From Camelus ferus (Eukaryota): a DNA stretch of 64,000 bases. Below the pieces are notes generated by a model that was given only the letters and a program-made list of their open reading frames with translations, was not told the DNA's origin and made no database searches. The stretch lies in assembly GCF_009834535.1 (NCBI RefSeq), contig NC_045697.1, forward strand, positions 65,908,001 to 65,972,000, in the 5' to 3' direction. The position numbers and the translations under genes are program-made. This document shows, in pieces, positions 13,102 to 25,519 of the stretch; positions within the stretch are counted from its first letter, which is position 1; the number at the start of each line of letters is the position of its first letter.

Positions 13102-13267
13102 TGGGGGAGGGGGGTGGGTACAGCTCAGTAGTAGAGCCCATGCATGGGGTCCTGAGTTCAATCCCCAGTACCTCCATTTAGAAAGGAAGAAAGGAAGAAA
13201 GAAAGGAAGAAAGGAAAGGAAGAAAGGAAGAAAGGAAGAAAGGAAGAAAGAAAGAAAGAGAGAAAGG
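13102..13267 (+). mobile_element. tRNA(Ala)-derived camelid SINE (Vic-1-type) with purine microsatellite tail
   Basis: ggggagg...gggtacagctcagtagtagag (A box) and gagttcaatcccc (B box) followed by agtacctcca. (AAAGGAAG)n tail. TSD GAAATAGAT at 13093-13101 and 13268-13276. Confidence 0.88.
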
Positions 13268-14644
13268 GAAATAGATGGGACTCCACATTCTAGTTGTCAG
13301 CTTGCTTGGTACAAAGCACAAAATCAATTGTGCGCCTAATCATTAAATCATACTTTTTATTTTATTACGTCCTCTCAGCTGTCTTGGCTGTGCTTTTCCA
13401 CTGGTCTCCAAGTCATAATACCAGCCTCGATTACCCCGCCTCCACACTCTGCTTATCTCCTTTACACTCACAGTCACCTTTGAGTTATAAATCTAGGTGA
13501 ACAAAGAAGAAGAAAGAAAAGGGAAAACCTTTAAAAGATTTCATCCGGAGGTGAGGATGAATATTGAGGCTATCTTGCTGTGTACATTTACACATATATT
13601 AGGTTCCTGCCAACTGCCTTAGTTCAGTTGGTAGAATCTAAGGTTTTCCACACAATTTCATTGTAATGGAATTTCAGCAAGTATAAGATTTACAATATTT
13701 TATTAATTACATGATTTACAATTATCATCCTTTACTTATTTTCTCAAAACTCATGATTACATCACAACCATCCTGAAATATTTTACTAATAAAAGTGTGC
13801 CTCCCAAAGCTCTTCATCGTAAATATCTAGTTTCTTTATGTTTTAGTAACACATTCTGTTGCCCATTTTGTGCACCAGTTCTTGCTCATGTCTTTTTAGC
13901 TGCCAAGTATGGTAGGCTGGTTGGTTTTCTTGACCAGTTGTCTGTTATTAGCCTCTTAATTTTGCTTCCAGGATTAGTTTCAGATACTGTGGTGCAAGAG
14001 GCTCTAAATAGAAGGGATTATTGCACAGCAGTGGGGTTGGGAGTTTATTGCTGCCTTTACTGTTGCATTTCCAGCATCAGTTTGGGGAGGGGAGCTGATG
14101 GAGGTTACTGGTGGAGAAAGATTCATCGTCCCTTGCCAGATCATTCACTAGATTAACCTTCTTAGAACAAAAGGAAAAATGTGTCTGCACTTTCCAGAAA
14201 GCAACCTTTTTGTAAGTTCACCAAATAAAAGGACATTAAGCAAGAAAGGAAAAATCAAAGCGTAATATACTGAAAATCACTAGTGCCCAAATTCCAAACT
14301 GGCATAATCAATTTAAGGCAATCACCCCCTCAGAAAAGAAAATTCCAGCATTTGTGATGAAGGTGGAGTAGCTAGACCTAAAATCCCAACTTTTGTCCCT
14401 TGATTTCACCTTTCCCTTGGGGATGCCTAATTCCACCTGCCCCGTTATAATGGCCACTAGCAGAGGAGGGGCATCCTGATCCCCATCAATCTTTTAATTC
14501 CTCATGACACAACTGAGGCAAAGCTGGACCATTCTAACATGCAATTACTCGAGGCTAGGAGAATCTTAAAGGTGACATGAAATGGTAAGATACAAGGTAG
14601 TCTTTGAAATGTAAGTTGCCTAAATCCAGTTTTGTGGTTTCTTG

Positions 14645-14953
14645 AGCTGTGCTAACACAGTGGCTGTTAGCAACAACGACTATTAAATACTTGAAATAAA
14701 CAACAGTCCCAGCTGAGAGGTACTTAAAGTATAAAATACACACTGTACTTCAAAGACTTAATACAAAAAAAGAACAGAAAATTAATAATTTTATATTGAT
14801 TACATATTAAAATGATAATATTTTGGACATATTAGGTAGGTTAAATAAAATACACTACTAAAATTATTTTCACCCATTTATTTTACTTTGAAGTGGTTGC
14901 TGGAAAATTTTAAATTACACATGTTTTGTAATATATTTCTACTGGATGGTACA
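14645..14953 (-). mobile_element. MER33 (hAT-Charlie) DNA transposon
   Basis: aagtataaaatacacactgtacttcaaagacttaatacaaaaaaagaa...aattttatattgattacatattaaaatgataatatttttggacatattagg matches the reverse MER33 consensus as recalled. Confidence 0.85.
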
Positions 14954-15044
14954 TTAAAGAAATGCTCTAGCAATATTTCTGCCTCGCTGTCAGCCTGCCA
15001 CCATTGAGGAAACTTTTAGGAATACACTGGCTTAGACTGGGAAT

Positions 15045-15220
15045 TCTGACTGTAAGCAGACCTGAGTTTCCACCCCAGTTCTCCACCTACCACCTGAGTG
15101 ACTTTGGCTGTATTTCTTAAACTCTCTGCCTCAACTGCCTCAGCTAAAAAATAGGGACAATAATATAGTGCCCACTTGCATAATATGGTTACTGTGATGA
15201 CTAGATGAAATTATAAATTT
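15045..15220 (+). mobile_element. MIR SINE
   Basis: cagacctgagttt...tgagtgactttggctgtatttcttaaactctctgcctca...aaaatagggacaataat. Confidence 0.8.
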
Positions 15221-16677
15221 ATTTGCCTCACATAAAGCATCCTTAAGTTATGACTGGTGTTCTTTATACACTTGATTCCTGCTATCCAGGGACTCTCCTT
15301 AGCATTCTTAGCATTCTTAGATTCATTGCATCTAGGCTTAAGAGAGTAAAATTTCAAGAACACTCAATATTATTCTCTCATCCACCTAAATAAATTATAC
15401 CTTAGTTTTCCTGGATGGCTGACACCCAGAATGACACCTTTTCAAAAGAGACCGGGCCAAGTAATGGGGATGTAATCTTACAGCCCACAGCTGGCTGATC
15501 AGTGCTCATATTAGAATATGGAATACATACAGATATGGAATATATAGATCTAGTTGGCTCAGTACCTAAATTAGCAAAATAAATCATCTGATATGGAAGA
15601 GGGAATCTGACATAAAATGTCATCAACTAGGGTGACAACAATACATTGAATAAACTGTCTTGTTTTGTTTTCTAGTGGAATTGTCTGATATAGCCCAGTA
15701 GTCAAAATCAGAATTAACAGAAAGAATGTTTATAATAGAAAATATTACTTTACTCTTGTAAAAACAAAACAAAACAAAACTCTGGTGGATTTGCACTTGG
15801 AACACTGCATTCAAGCTTAAAACAAGCATAAGATAAGAGTATTAAGTGCATAGCAACTGAAATAATCAAGAAGAAAAAAGTGCTTCTGAATACTATAGAA
15901 AAAGAAAAACCCAAGCATGGAAACATAAAACCTGTGGTAATAATTGAAGACTAGAGGTGCAGGTTTGAGTATGTATAATTTTTCTTATTAAAGACCTTAA
16001 TTCTAAAACTAGTACACAACTCTAGAATTTGAAAAAGGCACTTTATTAATATTAAATGGGGGTACTACTTTACTTGATACATTGCCCCAAGGGATAATAC
16101 AGAAAATAAAGTTTGGAAGGGGGTTTAAACCAACTGATAGATGCTTAACCTGTAACAGGATTTTTTAAAGGAAAGTAGAGATGCGTTGGAAATTGTCTAG
16201 AAGGCTGCTATACCCTCCCCCTTAAACAAGTTTTTGTGTTATTATTAGTGTTACAGAGGCTTATATCTTGGAATATAGACAGAAACTTCCTGGTTAACTA
16301 TGATGGAAGAGACAGGAAGCAGGTATTTAGAACATAAACTAGAGAGGTAGCCACTTGGCTGCAGGAATGAAGAAGAAATGCAGCTCAGCAACAGACTGGG
16401 GTCAACACAGATGTGGCAAGGGCCACACCAGGTGGGACGTTTTAGGTGGTCTAACACACTTCCCTTGTAGGCAGGTGGAGCCCAGTGGCACTATATTCAG
16501 GAGAAGCCTACTCAGAATCCAAGTTGGGGGCCAGTGGTGATTAGCTAGGGGCATTGTAACAGTTTGACCAGTTGTCAGGGGCTGGATTCCAGATTCCTGG
16601 TGGTGTGGAAGAGGAAGAGAGAAAGGCTAGTAGGAATAAGGCAGAGCTTTGGTCCTAAATGGATTGTGGCTCTAGGC

Positions 16678-16900
16678 TAGTGGTTCTCAACTGGGAGTGA
16701 CTTCCCCCCAGAGACATTTGGCAACGTGTGGACACATTTTTTATTGCCACTGTTTGTGGGGAGAGTGGGGTGGGAGCAACTGGCACCTAGCGGGTAGAGG
16801 CCAGGGATGCTGCTAAACCTTCTGTAATGCATTGGACAGACCCCACCATTAACGGTCATCTGGCCCCAAATGTCAATAGTCATGCTGTCTAGAAACCCTC
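16678..16900 (+). mobile_element. MER20 (hAT-Charlie), full length with 8-bp TSD
   Basis: Termini tagtggttctcaa and tagaaaccctc; internal gtagaggccagggatgctgctaaac. TSD CTCTAGGC (16670-16677) and CTCTAGAC (16901-16908). Confidence 0.93.
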
Positions 16901-17394
16901 CTCTAGACACATTTCTAAGACAAAACTTGGACAGAGAACACTGAAGTCTGAACTGGGTTATAAAGTGGGAACTGGGTGCTGGTGCAAACTTGACTAAAAA
17001 GAGATCAGGATCAGCCTTGAAATGGTTAAAACTTGATACTGCATCCTCAGGTCTTAGGCCAGAATTAGGCAATGCGCTACAGAGGCAAAAAGGAAGCCTA
17101 CATCCAACTATAAGTTTCTGCGGTTCAAAAAAGTTTTATAAGCTTGACTTCCTTGCATGTAAAAGTGTCAGATCAGAGGGATATCATGAAGATCACATGA
17201 GGTAATACAGCTAAAATGCCTACCATCCGACTTAGGACATCATTACACTAGAACAGCATGAAAGTTGCTGCACTGAACATGTGACATAGAAACTATGTAT
17301 ACTCTTGGCAAATCAACAAAATATCCTGTGTCTTAATCTAATGAACATATATAACTACTCGCACTCATACTATTTGGCCTCTCGGCTACACTCA

Positions 17395-17572
17395 AGACTG
17401 CGGTTGCTACACTGTGTTCTAATTGCTGCTCCATTATCTGTCTTCCCAACTAGATGTGCAGAAGCTGCAGAGGTGCAGGGGTGGCGTCTTTCCCATTCAC
17501 GGATAACCCCACTGCCCAGCACACTGCCCGGCACATAAATAAATAAAAAGGTTTCCAATAAATGAATGAACA
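17395..17572 (+). mobile_element. L2 3' end
   Basis: tgtcttcccaactagatgtg...cccactgcccagcacactgcccggcacata...aataaatgaatgaa. Confidence 0.8.
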
Positions 17573-17899
17573 AAACCTAGTTAAATAAATAACTGCTACT
17601 CAACCAGAAGGCAGGAGTGCTATTTACTATACATATTGCAGAATTCTTCTATGATGCCTATAAGCAACAGAAAGTTCTAGGTCAATTTCAATTAAAAATC
17701 TGTTTTCTTCACAGTGGCTCCATTCCTACTTAATTGTGGCACCCACTCAGTTGAATGCACATGCCCAGGGAATTCTCTAGGAAGCAGAGCTACATCCATG
17801 GAGAATCTCTGCCTTGCAGATCAATAATTCTAAGCACTAGAGAGTTGGGAAGATGGTTACTCAATCCTCACTCTGAAAGAAAAACAAGTTTCTAAGTGT

Positions 17900-18003
17900 T
17901 GGGATCTACCATCATGCTCTTACTCAGCCTGGTTATCTTAAATGCTTGGCCCAGTGCCAGGCATGTAGTAGGTACTCGACTATAAATGTTTGTTTAAATA
18001 AAT
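17900..18003 (+). mobile_element. L2 3' end fragment
   Basis: tgcttggcccagtgccaggcatgtagtaggtactc...aaatgtttgtttaaataaa. Confidence 0.7.
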
Positions 18004-19864
18004 TATTTAAAACATAGAATAGATTCCAACTCCCCCTTTCACAAACTTTTAGAATTATTTATTTTCCTATATTCATAAAGCCACAAAGTGTAGAAGACAT
18101 AGTTTGTCATCAAATTTTATATGACATTTCTAAAGCTCTAGGTACTTTAATAGCAAATTTATTTGAAACAGAAGGATGTCAACAGTGTATGCAAATTTAA
18201 GATATTTAATCTTTAAATTTATTGCATTTGATTTTGTAGTAAAATAATTAAATATTACTATGCATTACCAGATTTAATTTTTTTTCTTCTGAGGTCAGTA
18301 AACCTAACTCTATACCATAAAGTTGTCATCTATGAACAAGTACTGATCTACACATACACAGTAATGACTCCTGGACCTGTATATCCTTGGAAGAATGTGT
18401 ATCCTTTTATAAAGGAAATGTCACAATAAAAAAGGGATTATATATACATAAAAGTTGCTTCTACATTTAAAGCAGCAGTCTGATTCAATTATAATCATCT
18501 ATACAAGTAGAAAGTAAAGGATTAAAAACTTTATCTTAGTTACCCTTCAAGAAAAGAAAGTTTTTGAAAAGCATTATCGTAACCCATTTATTGAGCATTT
18601 TATTTTATAAAACACTCTTTTATTCATTGCCTCATTTTAGACATTTAATGTGGACATAATTCTTTGAACTAAAACTGAAACACTATGTTATTTAAAATAC
18701 CTTTCCTTTTTGTTTTTAAGGAGAAGTCTATGAGTTGGACATAGTTAAAATGAGATGAGTTGTGAAATATCATGCTCAATTCCCAAGAAATATGTAATGA
18801 AAGCTGATAAGATTAAAATCATTTTCCATTGTGGCTGTTCATATGCCATATGTTAAGGAGTTCCTTATATAGAAACATACAGGTTTAAAAGAAGTATATA
18901 TCTTATTACCACCCTCTTAAAGTTTCCATTTAACAAACAGTTAAAAAGATACCTGACGCTTGAATTAAAGGTCAATGAAACAGTGAAGGCCCGTGGGTCA
19001 AGTACAAAGAAGTCCCAATGAAGTCGAACTTCACTGGTCTGAGTCTAACTTGCCGTACATAACCATAGTTAGCATACGCTTTCTACACAGTTGGTAGCAA
19101 TCAGATAAATATTTAATGTGGTTTCATTATATCCTATAAATGCTGGCAATAGAATAATCTCCCCAGGGTATTCGGTGAATAATAGAAAAGAGAAAATGAT
19201 GAGCACGTTCAGCACATGCACACACAACCTCATGATAAAAGGCACCATTTCCCCCATACAGCACCTGTTGTCATAGCTGCTTTAATTACTTTTCATTGTA
19301 GTCAGCAGCCTGAAATATTTATCATGGAGCCTATAATTTCCCAAATCTGAAACTGACATCTACTCAAGTGGCTACAGGAACTGAAATTTTACTCACTCCT
19401 ACTTCTGAGCTGAACTTGTAACTTCAAAAGCTCTAAACAAAATATCTTGCAGGGAACCTTCATTCTGTTGGGAGACCTGGTACAAGACTACACGTTTACA
19501 TAACATTCAAAAGGCAGCATATCACATCACATTTTGATTGAAGTAAAAGACAGAAATAATTTCACTTTTAAATATCCAAACATTCAATATGCTAAAATAA
19601 AAGAGAAAGCGAATTTAAAGATTTTTGTAAATAAGCACCAACCCAAAACATATTCAGTCAACATTTCTAGGACTTACTCTCCCAACCAGGTTAATATGAA
19701 ATTAGGTTTGATTTTTGCACCTCTTTCCTCCAGTGTATTACTGGTTATAAATCTTGTGTTTTTGCTATGTTCTTTTGATAGAGAAATATGTTGTGATCTA
19801 GAATAAAGTTTAGCTGTTTTTTTAATCTTATTTAATAAAAATGTATTTGAATTTGCATATTACA

Positions 19865-20097
19865 TATTACTTACTATAGTATCCTGCTGTAATGCTACAC
19901 AAACATTAACTCATTTACTCCTAATAACAGTCCTATGAGGCAGCAACTATTATTTTCTCTACTTTGTAAGTGAAGAAATTGAGGTACAGAGAGATCAAGA
20001 AATTTGCCCACAGTCACTAAGGCCAGTTAGTGGCAGATAGAGATTCAAACTCAGACAGTTTGGCTCCAGAATCTGTGTTCTTACCTTTTACACACTA
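19865..20097 (-). mobile_element. MIR SINE
   Basis: ctcatttactcctaataacagtcctatgagg...gaagaaattgaggtacagagagatcaagaaatttgcccacagtcac...gattcaaactcagacagtttggctccaga. Confidence 0.9.
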
Positions 20098-20390
20098 AAA
20101 GCCAATTTAATTTCCTATGAAGATCCTTATGGTTAGAAAAATAATTTCATATAAACCTCATTAATTCAGTTTGTGAATAAGAAAACCAGTTTCAACGATT
20201 AGTTTAGCATAAGCCAGGGTCAAAAATAAATTTTACATAACAACTAAGTAAATACTCATATCCACACAGACACAAACAAAATCAAGACAAAAGTATCACA
20301 AATCAAGATTACCCTTACCACATACATACTGTGTTTCATTTTTTAAATGCTGCTTTCTAACCAAGTAATTTGTTTTCACAGGATGCTAAC

Positions 20391-20552
20391 ACAGTGTTTC
20401 TCAAACTTAGCTACCTGCTCAAATTGCCTAGGGAGATTTTAAAACTAAGGAATGTGTGAACCCCACTGCAACAATTAAATTAGAATCTCTGGGGAATAGC
20501 ATTTTAAAAGCTATCCAGGAGATATCAAGAAGCCACCATGGTTGAGAAGAGT
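20391..20552. mobile_element. MER5A-like hAT element
   Basis: Termini cagtgtttctcaaactt and ggttgagaa; internal aattaaattagaatctctgggg...catttttaaaagct-like sequence. Confidence 0.75.
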
Positions 20553-21094
20553 CAAATATACTAAATGTGTGAAACGCATTGGAGTAGTTGAAACTGATAA
20601 GATGCAATGTTATTATCTCTAGCTGAATACAGGACTTTGTGTGGCAGGACTTTTGGATTATTTTACATTAGCATAGTTTTGTATGCTATAAAGACCTAGT
20701 AATTTCTTGAAGAAGTGTGAAAATATTTTGTTTTCACAAGTAGCTTAATATTCATTCTTTAATCTTATTTATACTGTTACCACCTAACCTAACCTTTCTT
20801 CATTGATCCCTAAAAGATATTTAAACCCAGAACATATCTGAATATTACCAATCAGTGGGTCTTGAATCAACAAGGTCTTATTTTAAATGGGCAGTTAAAT
20901 TATAGAAAGAAAACAATGGCTCTTTGCCCAAGATTGGATTAAGATGAATAATTTTTTAGTTCAACACAAAACGTGTTGCCTGGTTAATTCTATATCTGTA
21001 TTTCCCTCCTTTTATTTCCATCCTTTCTTCCCCAAATCATGTGATTGTCTACAAGCAAAAAATTAATATTACAAACTAATTTAAAGTTTGGAGT

Positions 21095-21240
21095 TTATCA
21101 ATGAACTGCCTCACTGAAAAAGTGCTGCGGCTGCCAAGTTTGATGTGCATTAACAAACTCGTCCTTAGAAGACAAGACCTAGGTCTGCTGCTGCACTATG
21201 ACTGAAACAGAGGTCACCTCACCTGACGTGCTGGAGTGGA
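21095..21240 (+). mobile_element. possible L3/CR1 LINE fragment
   Basis: gtgctgcggctgccaa...tgcattaaca...ctgcact resembles the CR1/L3 RT 3' region; heavily diverged. Confidence 0.45.
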
Positions 21241-22750
21241 AGGAAGCCACAGATGCAGGTGGAAGACTGCTAAAACAGGACAGATTGAAACAAGATTTGC
21301 CTTAAAGGATTCAGGTCCCCAATGTGTTAATATGATTTATTTTTCATTTTTGCTGTCCTTTCATTGGTTCTTTTTTATTGTTGTGGTTTTATGGTTTTCA
21401 ACCTAAACTGGCAATACCTAAATTTCTCTAGTCAGCGTTCTTCTGTGTTCTCCACGGTGAATGACTCTTCCAGATTTACAATTTTCATCAACTTTAAGTT
21501 GATTATTAGGTTCACCTCCTTGGAGGAAACAGTGGCCATCACTGGCCTCCATTTCAGTCTCCTCCTTCTTGAAACTTAATGCTTACCCACCTCCTTGGTC
21601 TCCTCTCCCTTAAATCCCATTCAGACCACTGTAGGCTCATTTCCTTTTCTCCTGGAGTCATCCCTAACTTCTGACTTGCCAGGTTCCACATCCTATTTTC
21701 AGTAGAAGATCTCTTTTGCATAATGTAATATATCTTATTTACAACTCTTCTAATTTCTAATTTTTATCAATTGTCTTCATCTGAGCTAAAAATTTCCTTC
21801 ACCCAATCTACAAAGAAAGGGTTTGGTTAGCAAATTAGCAGTAAATATACCACATCTAAGGACATTTTAAACCTACTTAATTATCACAAACCATTTTAAT
21901 GACTTTAACATATAACTTTTTCAGTTAAGATGAGTGCTGCTGATTATGCCTCAGAATACCAAAACAATTTTCTTGAAGGATCTTTCCTTGGAAGGATTTT
22001 ATTAGCATTATTACAAATTATTGTTAAGTCCTTGAAAGTTAGAGCACTACTTTTCTTCTAAGTATTTCTTCAGTTTGCTATGGGCCTTGCCTGTAATTAG
22101 TTCATGTTAGTGATGTTTACTCCCATTTACATATGTCAAGCTTTTAAAGAGAACCACTTGGCATTTAAAGAATTATTACAAGTGGGAATACATTCATTTT
22201 ATGTTTCTTCTCTAGCCTACATGGTAAAAAGCAGTGACATCCTTTGGAGGAGCCATCTGACTTGCATCCCCCAAATGTGTGTGAATTTTATGTGTCTGTT
22301 ACACTGTCCTGAACAGGAGGGCTGCAAGGAACTTTTTTCCTGACTGCCAAGACAAAGCCACCTTCCTAAGCTTGGATATATTTGGAGAAGGGAAAAAAAA
22401 AAAAAAGGAAGACACCAGGTGAGCCAGGCTGGGTTTTTTAAAAATTATTATTATTATTTTATTTCTAAATGTTTGCCAGCTTTGTGAGTCTAGGGTGAGG
22501 TTCTCTAAAATCAACAGAGTCTACGTTAAGGCAGCAAGAAAGTACATGTCGTGCTTCCTTCCATTGTTAGTTTACACTCACACAACTCTATTCTCTAATC
22601 CCAGAGTAGCTCTAAGCAAAACTGTAGACATGTGGGACCTCTGGGTGTTCTTAACACCTCCGAGGCAGCTGTGAACAGCTTGGCAACACTGCGGGACACC
22701 AAGAGATTTCGGCTTTCTTCTTACCAGCTCCTATAGTCTTGTGTGGTTGT

Positions 22751-22800
22751 GATCACCCTGATCACTGCCCTTTGGATCACTGCCCTTTGGATCACTGCCC
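22751..22800. repeat. 15-bp minisatellite (GATCACTGCCCTTTG) x2.7 plus a degenerate leader
   Basis: Units at 22760-22774, 22775-22789 and 22790-22800 (partial). Confidence 0.95.
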
Positions 22801-23277
22801 CTATTTATGCATGTTTGGGGATTTTCCCTGGCTAGAAGAAGATTTCTGCATTCAGCTCACTTTTGATGACGGAGTTTATAAAGATGTGCAAACCTGGGAG
22901 ACATCTGGTATTCGATGTTCCATTCTGCAAATCAAGACTAGGAATACATGGGAGTGCAGAACAACCATAAAAATGATGCTGGCTTTACTGCTTTCATAGA
23001 TAATGTAATACACATAGGAGAGTGACACATTTCTTCAGTGGCATTCTGAAGCAGGACCAGTATAACTGCAAATCGACAATTAGGTTTATTCTATTTGCCC
23101 CACTTTGTAGTGGTTTCAGTTATTTTACTTTGGCTTGTTTTGGTTTGGCTTTTAACCTCAAAATAAGCCACATTAAAGAAGGCAGCTTGAAATATCATAA
23201 CCTAAGTTAGAGTCCTTCAATACTACTGAACACTAATTCAACGCATACATTGAACACTATTTTAGACTGAGCTGCCG

Positions 23278-23319
23278 AAAGTCCCCTGGGGGCAAAACTG
23301 CACCAGCTGAGAGCCACTG
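23278..23319 (-). mobile_element. MER20 terminal fragment
   Basis: gtcccctgggggcaaaactgcaccagctgagagccactg resembles the reverse MER20 5' end. Confidence 0.7.
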
Positions 23320-23869
23320 ATCTAAGTCATAGAGAAGTCAATAGTATTGAAGAATAATCACTTTCCCCCCATGTTCCTTCAAAATCAAAGTTGTCATTGA
23401 AAGCCATTTAGGAAAGTAATTGAGTATGTGCAGTGGATAGGTTATCTTATTTTGCATGTATTACATCATCATTACAAATAAAACTGAACTTTTCTCTCTC
23501 TGTCAGTGCTGACTGCTTGAATAACATCCCCTACAAAGACAGGGGACACTGATGATTTCACTTTGCACAGGTCCCAACAAAGCAGTCTGAGATGGGGCAC
23601 ATGAATAGGACTGCCAATGTTGATAATGAAGGTTACATAATTTTAGCAAATTCTGGATAGAACAGTCTACATGATTAAAGCTGTCAATATTATTATGCCC
23701 ATGACTGGGCCTTCATATACTTTGACATTACAGTGTGAAGTCAGCTGTAAATAGTCTGAGACTAGGTAAGTAACAGCTAAAGTACACTGTGATTTAGTTT
23801 TCATGTAATTGTTATTATGAGTTTCTATAAAGGTGAGTTTAGCTCAGAGCTTTGGCCTCAGTGAAGCAC

Positions 23870-24145
23870 TGCATTACTAGTAACACTAGCTAATTTAACG
23901 AATAATGCCCAAAATGCACAATGACTAAAACACAATGTAAGTTTATTTATCACTCATATAAAGTTCAAAATAGATATTCTTAATTGTGAAGTGATCACCT
24001 TCATGTGATGTTTCAGTTCCTTCCATTCTGTGGTTTTACCATATTTAACATATACCTTCTAAAGTCACTACCCTGTTTTCTATCCAGCAAGCAGAAGAGG
24101 AAAGAACATGGAAAGTCACACAGGTCGGGTTTTATGGGCCAGCTG
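23870..24145 (-). mobile_element. old MaLR LTR fragment (MLT1J/K-like)
   Basis: ccccaaaatgcacaatgactaaaacacaatgtaagtttatttatcactca...ttccttccattctgtgg...gttttatgggccag. Confidence 0.65.
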
Positions 24146-24149
24146 TGTG

Positions 24150-24350
24150 AAATGAAGGAATGGCTGTTGAAGACTCAGATAAGGTGCCAGTTTAAGGAAC
24201 ATATGTTGTGTGATTTGGACTCTGCCCTCCAGGATGCATGTATTCGTTGAACCAATGGCTGATAAATGATGCTGTGTCCCCAAGAGCTAGAATATACAAA
24301 TCAGGAAAACCAAGATGTAGAATTAGGATTTACCATGGTTTTTCTTGACC
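24150..24350 (+). mobile_element. ERVL/MaLR internal fragment, integrase-like
   Basis: ORF 24005 ends LLKTQIRCQFKEHMLCDLDSALQDA, resembling ERVL integrase NGLLKTQL...LQKAVYALNQ. Downstream gatgctgtgtcccca resembles the GAVSP motif. Confidence 0.65.
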
Positions 24351-25204
24351 TTCCATGCCCAATGGCTGCTGCAAGGGGGCAGTAGCCGACTCCTCATGTC
24401 AGAAGACCAGCAGGCAGAGACTGGAGTAACCAACCTTGGTTACCATGAGGAACTCAGAGGAGGCACTGGGGGCTCTCGTCCTCCTTCCATGACCAGATAG
24501 CTGTAAGTGGACAACAGCAGAAGCCCTGGTCCTTAAGAAAAGGTAAGCAAGGTCTCAAACCACTTGAGGATGGAAGTCACTCTACTGCAAGCAACACAGG
24601 CTGCTGAAGTGCTCTCTGAAAAGAGAGAAATCTCAAATAGGTGGTGCAGAAAGAAGATACTGGGTAATCATGACAGCGCTGGGACAAACTGCAAGAGATG
24701 AACTGTAGCTTCGTTTGTTAATATTCTGGGAAACTGCACCTGGCCACCAGCTTGAAGAATTGGGTTTGCCTGTTTCTCCTCTGAGGAAAGGGATGGACTG
24801 TACTAGTTCCATTTACTAATTACTCCAGATTCACACATCTGCCTTGTTTTCCTGTCAGGATGGCTGTGGCAGCAGCTTGTGTATCATTGAGCCCATTTGC
24901 TGCTGTTTCTGTTGCCACTACTCCAGACTGACATGCAGGGCGACCTAACGCAGAGACCACCAGGGCAGACCGGTGGGGCCTCTAGCTTCTCTAGCGAGTG
25001 CCTGCAAAAGTCAGGTGATACCATCAGAAACACGTGGGAGTTCATGCCCCACGAGGGACACTGTGCCCAATGGGAGACAGGGGATAGGAAGGAGCTCATC
25101 CTCTTCCAGGGCAGTGTCCAGTGCAGCAAGACTTTTGTACGGCCTCTCTGACTGCGGCTGGGGGGACAAGCACTCATTGGGTCGTAAAGAAGCTATAGCA
25201 TTCA

Positions 25205-25320
25205 GCTCCATCTTCTTTTTTCTCTTTCTCTTTTTCACTTTTTCCTTTCCCACCTCTCATTCTTCTTCCTTTCTTTCTCATTTCTTCCTCTCCCATTCCC
25301 TTCTCTTTCTTCCCTTCCTA
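25205..25320. repeat. CT-rich low-complexity tract
   Basis: Almost pure pyrimidine run on the + strand. Confidence 0.9.
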
Positions 25321-25519
25321 AACAATTCAATCCAAAATCTATTAGTTGAGCAAGCTATGCATCCACAGTAGGAGGGTTGAAGAGAAGGAAGAAAATCCAC
25401 GATGGCCCAGAGTGAAGTGTGATACCTGGAAATGGAGTGCCGGAGCCAAGCAAGTGAGGAAACCACCCATGAAGGGTGGGGGGAAACAGTGGCAAAGTAA
25501 GATTGGCCACATACGGGGA

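Noticed and set aside
13102..13176. tRNA gene
   Set aside because: Lacks the anticodon segment, and has a TSD and a purine tail, so it is a SINE.
22751..22800. CRISPR-like array
   Set aside because: Head-to-tail repeats without spacers, in mammalian DNA.
22739..22999. Metal-binding peptide with DHCPL repeats
   Set aside because: Translation of the 15-bp minisatellite from a TTG start; no splice or expression evidence.
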